This document shows positions 58,935 through 64,000 of a stretch of 64,000 bases of DNA, piece after piece. The DNA lies in contig CP169074.1 in NCBI GenBank assembly GCA_041891055.1, positions 704,001 to 768,000 on the forward strand, in the 5' to 3' direction. The notes under the pieces were generated by a model that saw only the letters and a list, made by a program, of their open reading frames with translations, was not told the origin of the DNA and ran no database searches. The first letter of the stretch is position 1. Every line of letters starts with the position of its first letter. The translations under genes were made by a program, and so were the position numbers. Source of the DNA: Halorutilales archaeon Cl-col2-1. GTDB lineage: Archaea; Halobacteriota; Halobacteria; Halobacteriales; Afararchaeaceae.

Positions 58935-61553
58935 ATGGAAGTTCCGAAGTCGTACGACTCCTCCGAGGTCGAGGAGAGATGGCGCGACGAATGGGATGAC
59001 TCTCTCTACGCGCACGATCCCGACAGCGACGCTCCCGACTACAGGATAGACACACCTCCGCCGTATCCGACGGGCAACCTCCACATAGGAAACGCCCTAG
59101 GCTGGTGTTACATGGACTTCGTGGCGCGGTACAAGAGACTCCAGGGCTACAACGTCCTCTTCCCACAGGGATGGGACTGCCACGGACTCCCGACTGAGGT
59201 CAAGGTCGAGGAGGAACAGAGCGTCCACAGATCGGAGGTTCCGAGGGACGAGTTCCGCCAGATGTGTATCGACCACACCTACGGACAGATCGACGAGATG
59301 CGTGACACGATGGACGTACTCGGCTTCTCACAGGACTGGTCACACGAGTACATCACGATGGAGCCCGAGTACTGGGGGAAGACACAGAGGTCTTTCCTCG
59401 AAATGGCAGACGACGGCTACGCTTACCAGGGAAAGCATCCCGTCAACTGGTGTCCGAGATGTGAGACCGCAATAGCCGACGCCGAGGTCGAGAGAGAAGA
59501 GGAAGAGGGCGTCCTCGTCTATCTCGAGTTCCCCGTCGTAGGAGACGACGACGTGATCGAGATCGCGACGACACGTCCCGAGCTTTTGCCTGCGTGTGGT
59601 GCTGTCGCTGTCGACCCCGACGACGAACGTTTCGAGGAGTACGTCGGAGAGGAGGTCGAGGTTCCTATATTCGGACACACCGCCGAGGTCATACAGGACG
59701 AGGAGGTCGACCCCGAGTTCGGTACGGGAGCCGTCATGATCTGTACATTCGGTGACAAACAGGACGTCGAGTGGTGGCAGGAGTACGACATAGATCTCAG
59801 AGAGGCGTTCACTAAGACGGGAGAGCTCACAGAGATAGCGGGAGAGTACGAGGGGATGGAGATAGACGAGGCGAAGGAAGCGATCATAGAAGACCTCGAG
59901 GACGAGGGATACCTCTACGACAAGGAGCCTCTCGAACAGAACGTCGGAAAGTGCTGGAGATGTGACACTCCGATAGAGATACTCTCGAAGGAACAGTGGT
60001 TCATAGAGGTCAGACAGGACGAGATACTCGAAAAGGCGGAGGAGGTCGACTGGATACCCGACCACATGCACAGCCGCCTTGTCGACTGGACCGAGGGAAT
60101 GGAGTGGGACTGGGTCATATCGCGCCAGCGCGTATTCGCTACGCCGTTCCCCGTCTGGTACTGTGACGACTGTGGCAGTGTCAAGTTCGCCTCGGTCGAT
60201 GAGGTTCCGGTCGATCCCACTGAGGAAGACCCCGAGACGCCTTGTGAGGACTGCGGTGGAACCTCGTTCACCCCCGAGGAAGACGTCATGGACACGTGGA
60301 TGGACTCCTCGATCAGCGCGATGCACGTCGCTGGCTGGCCCGAAGAGGGATTCGAGCCCACACAGCTCAGGGAACAGGGTCACGACATAATACGGACGTG
60401 GGCGTTCTACACGATTCTCCGTACTGCCGCACTCGAAGACGAGATACCGTGGGAGGAGGCTCTCATAAACGGAATGGTCTTCGGAGACGACGGACACAAG
60501 ATGTCGAAGTCACGCGGCAACTTCGTCCAGCCTGAGGAGGCTGTCGACGAGTACTCCGCCGACGCATTCAGACAGTCTCTCGCATCGGGTGGACGTCCCG
60601 GAAGCGACATACAGTTCCGGTGGAAGGAGGTCAAACGCGCCTCGAAGTTCATGACTAAGCTCTGGAACATCTACCGTTTCTCGGCGTCGCATATCACGAA
60701 GGACGTCTACGACTACGAAGACGAGGCTCCCGATCTGCGCCTCGCCGACAGATGGATACTCTCGAAGCTCTCCGAGACAGCCGACGAGGTCGAGGAAGCG
60801 ATGGACGAACACCGTTTCGACCTCGCACTCAAGGAGCTAAGGGAGTTCGTCTGGGACGACGTCGCCGACGACTACGTCGAGATGGTCAAGGGGCGTCTCT
60901 ACGAGGAGGACGGCGACGGCTACGAGGCTGTGAGATGGACTCTACGTACGCTCATAGAGTCAGTCGTCGTGATGTTCTCGCCCGTAGCACCCTTCTTCTC
61001 AGAGGAGGTCTACTCGGGTCTCAGAGACGAGAGCGTCAACAACGCCGACTGGCCCCGGGTCGAGGTCTACGACGCCGACGCCCTCGACGCCGGAGAGCTC
61101 CAGGCTGAGATCGCTTCGTCTGTGAGGAGATGGAAGAGCGAGGAGGGGATCGCCCTCAACGCAGAGCTCGACAGGGTCGAGGTCTATGCAGAGTCGGAGT
61201 CTGTCGGCGAGAGACTCGACGTCGATGACCTCTCGGACACCCTGTCGTCGGACGTGAACGTCGAGACCGGAGAGCCCGACCTCGAAGAGGTGCCCGTCGG
61301 TGTCGACCCCGACATGAGCGTGATAGGACCCGAGTACAGGGACACCGCGGGAGAGATAGTCTCGGCTCTCGAGTCGTCCGATCCTTCGGAGGTCAGAGAA
61401 GAGAAGGAGACCGGAGCCGTCGAGGTCGAGGTCGGCGACGGGGTTATAGAGCTCGACTCCGACGCCGTCGGTATAGAAAACGAGCTACGTAGCGGCGGAA
61501 GAGAGGTCGAGGTCATAGAGACTGACGGCGCGACGGTCTTAGTCTTCGAGTAA
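58935..61553 (+). CDS. valS: Valine--tRNA ligase
   Basis: DTPPPYPTGNLHIGN, DWVISRQR, KMSKS. Confidence 0.96.
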   Translation: MEVPKSYDSSEVEERWRDEWDDSLYAHDPDSDAPDYRIDTPPPYPTGNLHIGNALGWCYMDFVARYKRLQGYNVLFPQGWDCHGLPTEVKVEEEQSVHRSEVPRDEFRQMCIDHTYGQIDEMRDTMDVLGFSQDWSHEYITMEPEYWGKTQRSFLEMADDGYAYQGKHPVNWCPRCETAIADAEVEREEEEGVLVYLEFPVVGDDDVIEIATTRPELLPACGAVAVDPDDERFEEYVGEEVEVPIFGHTAEVIQDEEVDPEFGTGAVMICTFGDKQDVEWWQEYDIDLREAFTKTGELTEIAGEYEGMEIDEAKEAIIEDLEDEGYLYDKEPLEQNVGKCWRCDTPIEILSKEQWFIEVRQDEILEKAEEVDWIPDHMHSRLVDWTEGMEWDWVISRQRVFATPFPVWYCDDCGSVKFASVDEVPVDPTEEDPETPCEDCGGTSFTPEEDVMDTWMDSSISAMHVAGWPEEGFEPTQLREQGHDIIRTWAFYTILRTAALEDEIPWEEALINGMVFGDDGHKMSKSRGNFVQPEEAVDEYSADAFRQSLASGGRPGSDIQFRWKEVKRASKFMTKLWNIYRFSASHITKDVYDYEDEAPDLRLADRWILSKLSETADEVEEAMDEHRFDLALKELREFVWDDVADDYVEMVKGRLYEEDGDGYEAVRWTLRTLIESVVVMFSPVAPFFSEEVYSGLRDESVNNADWPRVEVYDADALDAGELQAEIASSVRRWKSEEGIALNAELDRVEVYAESESVGERLDVDDLSDTLSSDVNVETGEPDLEEVPVGVDPDMSVIGPEYRDTAGEIVSALESSDPSEVREEKETGAVEVEVGDGVIELDSDAVGIENELRSGGREVEVIETDGATVLVFE

Positions 61554-61611
61554 GGCGGCGACGCGACAGTATAAGCAACACCTTTCAAAGGATCGAGTTC
61601 GTACTCCTTCT

Positions 61612-62265
61612 ATGGAGATACGTGGCGACAGGAGATGTCTCGAATGCGGATACGAGTGGAGCTACTTCGAGACCAACCGGATAAGATGTCCCGACTGCGG
61701 CAGCATGAGAAGCGAGAGCACCTCATCGGGACAGTTCGACACACAGGGAAGCGCGAACTCGGGGATAGGGTTCAACGAGCTTGTCTCAAAGACTGCGAGC
61801 TTCGAGGAGACTCTGTCGGAGGCTGAGGAGTCATGCCGTAAGTTCGTCTCGAACTACGGATTTATAGACGCGGGAGAGCTTCAGCCACCCTCTCCCGAGT
61901 ACGTCATGGCTGCGGAGGTCACCGAGATCGCAAACGGTCTTCTGACCTCCCGGGGAGACGTCGACGACGAAGAGAGGGAGTACGTCATAGACCTCCTCAG
62001 AGGCATAGAGTCGGGCGAGCCTCCCGCACCCGAGGAGCGTCCGTCGTCACTCGACAGCTACCACGCCCTCGCAGTCGCGCGTCTCGTCGACGAGTACTCG
62101 AAGGAGATACGGCGGTATGCGCGGATGAACGAGACTGACGTCCCGTCGGAGATAGAGACAGCGCGCGACAAGGCGAAGAGGACACAGGCAACCAGCGGCG
62201 AGAGACACGACGCAGTCGACGGTCTCAGAGATCTCAGGGAAGCATACGAAGAAGTTACTTCTTGA
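61612..62265 (+). CDS. Zinc-ribbon haloarchaeal hypothetical protein
   Basis: CLECG...WSY...CPDCGS N-terminus. Confidence 0.7.
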   Translation: MEIRGDRRCLECGYEWSYFETNRIRCPDCGSMRSESTSSGQFDTQGSANSGIGFNELVSKTASFEETLSEAEESCRKFVSNYGFIDAGELQPPSPEYVMAAEVTEIANGLLTSRGDVDDEEREYVIDLLRGIESGEPPAPEERPSSLDSYHALAVARLVDEYSKEIRRYARMNETDVPSEIETARDKAKRTQATSGERHDAVDGLRDLREAYEEVTS

Positions 62266-62275
62266 TCGTTTATCT

Positions 62276-63118
62276 CTACTCAGAAAGCTTAGCCGCCTCG
62301 ACCGTGTTACGGAGGAGCATCGCACGTGTCATGGGACCCACGCCGCCGGGAACGGGTGTCATCGCAGCCGCCTTCTCGCTGACCCCCTCGTAGTCGACGT
62401 CTCCGACGAGTTCACCGTCGACCTCGTTTATTCCAACGTCTATAACGACTGTTTCCTCCGAGACCATCTCGGGAGTCACGAACTCGGGTACTCCGACAGC
62501 GGCTACGATTATGTCGGCGCGTCGGGTGTGTTCCTCGACGTTCTGAGTCCCCGAGTGGCAGACTGTCACAGTCGCGTTCGCACCGTCTGACTTCTGGACT
62601 AAGAGGTTGGCAAGAGGCTTCCCGACTATGTCGGACCTACCGAGTATAACGACGTCTTTCCCATCGGGCGAGTTGCCGGTCGCCGTCAGGAGCTTCTGGA
62701 CACCCATCGGAGTTGCGGGGACGAACCTCGGACGTCCCTCCATCAGAAGACCCTTGTTCTCGGGATGGAAGCCGTCGACGTCCTTCTCGGGTGAGACCGC
62801 TTCGAGTGCCTTCGTCTCGTCTACGTGGTCGGGAAGAGGAAGCTGGACTATGAAGCCGTCGACCGAGTCGTCGTGGTTGAGGTCGTCTATCACCGACATC
62901 AGCTTCTCCTCGGGCTCCGAGGGATCTATACGTACGACCTCCGACTCTATGCCGACCTCGCCGCAGTCCTTCTCCTTCATCGAGACGTATGTCTCGCTCG
63001 CGGGGTCGTCGCTCATGAGAACTGCAACCAGCTTAGGAGGTGTCTCCATCTCCTCGACCTCCTCGCTTACAGAGTCCCTTACTTCCTCAGCCACGGATTC
63101 GCCGTCGATTACTTCCAT
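62276..63118 (-). CDS. folD: Methylenetetrahydrofolate dehydrogenase/cyclohydrolase
   Basis: VQLPLP, KDVDG, GRSDIVGKP, TPVPGGVGPMT. Confidence 0.96.
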   Translation of the reverse strand: MEVIDGESVAEEVRDSVSEEVEEMETPPKLVAVLMSDDPASETYVSMKEKDCGEVGIESEVVRIDPSEPEEKLMSVIDDLNHDDSVDGFIVQLPLPDHVDETKALEAVSPEKDVDGFHPENKGLLMEGRPRFVPATPMGVQKLLTATGNSPDGKDVVILGRSDIVGKPLANLLVQKSDGANATVTVCHSGTQNVEEHTRRADIIVAAVGVPEFVTPEMVSEETVVIDVGINEVDGELVGDVDYEGVSEKAAAMTPVPGGVGPMTRAMLLRNTVEAAKLSE

Positions 63119-63203
63119 GTCTCGAAATCGACCCGGAGGCGATTCAAGTTAACGGAACCGCGCCACCGCTAGTTTTTTACTCCCGTTTCCATAAGTAACT
63201 ACC

Positions 63204-63794
63204 ATGAGTGTCGAATCCAACAACATTATTAACGTCACATCAGAAGCCGCAACAAAGGCAAACGAACTCATGGAAGACAGGGGTCTCGACGGCTACGGCA
63301 TACGTATCTCCGTCGACTACAAGGGAGGAGACGCCGACTACTCTCTGGAGTTCTCACAGAAGCCGATGGACTCCGACAGGATCGTCGAGACTGACGGTCT
63401 GACACTCTTTATCGACTCCGAGTCGGAAGCCGCGGTTGAGGGGAGCACACTCGACTACGTAGTCGAGAACGGAAGGGGAGGCTTCACGGTGAAGTCAGCT
63501 GGGGGGAAAGAAGAGGCGGAGTTCGACGAGTCGACACCTGAGGGTCAGGTACGTTCGTTCCTCGTGCGTAACTTCCCACAGATACAGGGACACGGCGGTG
63601 AGGCAATCATAGAGGAACTCGACGAAGAAGAGGGATACGTCAAGCTCAGCTTAGAGGGGGCGTGTTCGGGCTGTGGCATATCCGACGCGACCGCCGAGGC
63701 GATAATGAGGAAACTGCCCAAGACGGTCGAGGGGATATCTAGGGTCGAGGTCGACGCGGGATCGGGCGGTGCAGGTGCCGACGTACCGTTCTAG
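63204..63794 (+). CDS. NfuA-like Fe-S carrier (degenerate IscA/HesB domain + NifU domain)
   Basis: HesB-like N-domain without Cys; C-terminal HGG...GACSGC. Confidence 0.8.
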   Translation: MSVESNNIINVTSEAATKANELMEDRGLDGYGIRISVDYKGGDADYSLEFSQKPMDSDRIVETDGLTLFIDSESEAAVEGSTLDYVVENGRGGFTVKSAGGKEEAEFDESTPEGQVRSFLVRNFPQIQGHGGEAIIEELDEEEGYVKLSLEGACSGCGISDATAEAIMRKLPKTVEGISRVEVDAGSGGAGADVPF

Positions 63795-63848
63795 AGAACT
63801 GAGCCAAAAAGACTTACTTGGTTCCCCTCGTTGCTACTCTCATTCTAT

Positions 63849-64000
63849 ATGAACCCGGGAGAGTATGAGAAAAGACGTCGGGAGATCTCGGGGTCTGAGC
63901 TAGCTGAGGCGATAGGTCTCGACAACGACGAGATTCACGAGAGGAAGGAGTACGTCGGCTTCGACGGCGACGACATACAGACTCTTGAGGAGATGATGTC
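63849..64000 (+). CDS. Probable globin-coupled sensor (HemAT-like), truncated by window end
   Basis: IGLDNDEIHERKEYVGF resembles the protoglobin N-terminus of haloarchaeal transducers. Confidence 0.55.
   Translation, partial: MNPGEYEKRRREISGSELAEAIGLDNDEIHERKEYVGFDGDDIQTLEEMM

Noticed and set aside
59340-60497. 385-aa minus-strand ORF
   Set aside because: Antisense shadow of valS.
1-64000. CRISPR array, cas genes, tRNA or rRNA genes
   Set aside because: No regularly spaced repeats, cas motifs or cloverleaf seen; the only long-range repeats found are att copies and TSDs.

Overview
Haloarchaeal chromosome segment (acidic proteome; archaeal TBP, PolD large subunit, CarS, RaSEA). Housekeeping genes flank a ~21.6 kb accessory region (7340-28959). 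This region consists of two tandem, decayed integrative elements inserted in the 3' end of a box C/D guide RNA gene (sR-tMet-like, 7294-7355), delimited by three copies of the att core TGAGTGCCGAGG. Element A carries an ISH8-interrupted 2-TM gene, an ApeA-like HEPN protein, two integrase remnants and an MNT-HEPN pair. Element B is a methylase-free cluster of restriction-type nucleases (GmrSD, MspJI-like, Mrr, broken GIY-YIG). A 9.3 kb cargo transposon (7-bp TSD, imperfect TIRs) has inserted into element B, carrying a multi-PAS/GAF kinase, a response regulator, capC/capB-like poly-gamma-glutamate genes and a DDE transposase. Elsewhere the window holds a tnpA-deleted IS605/TnpB element with an RHH gene and structured ends, inteins in dcd and polC, and a candidate structured ncRNA. 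All calls come from reading the sequence and recognising motifs; no searches were run.
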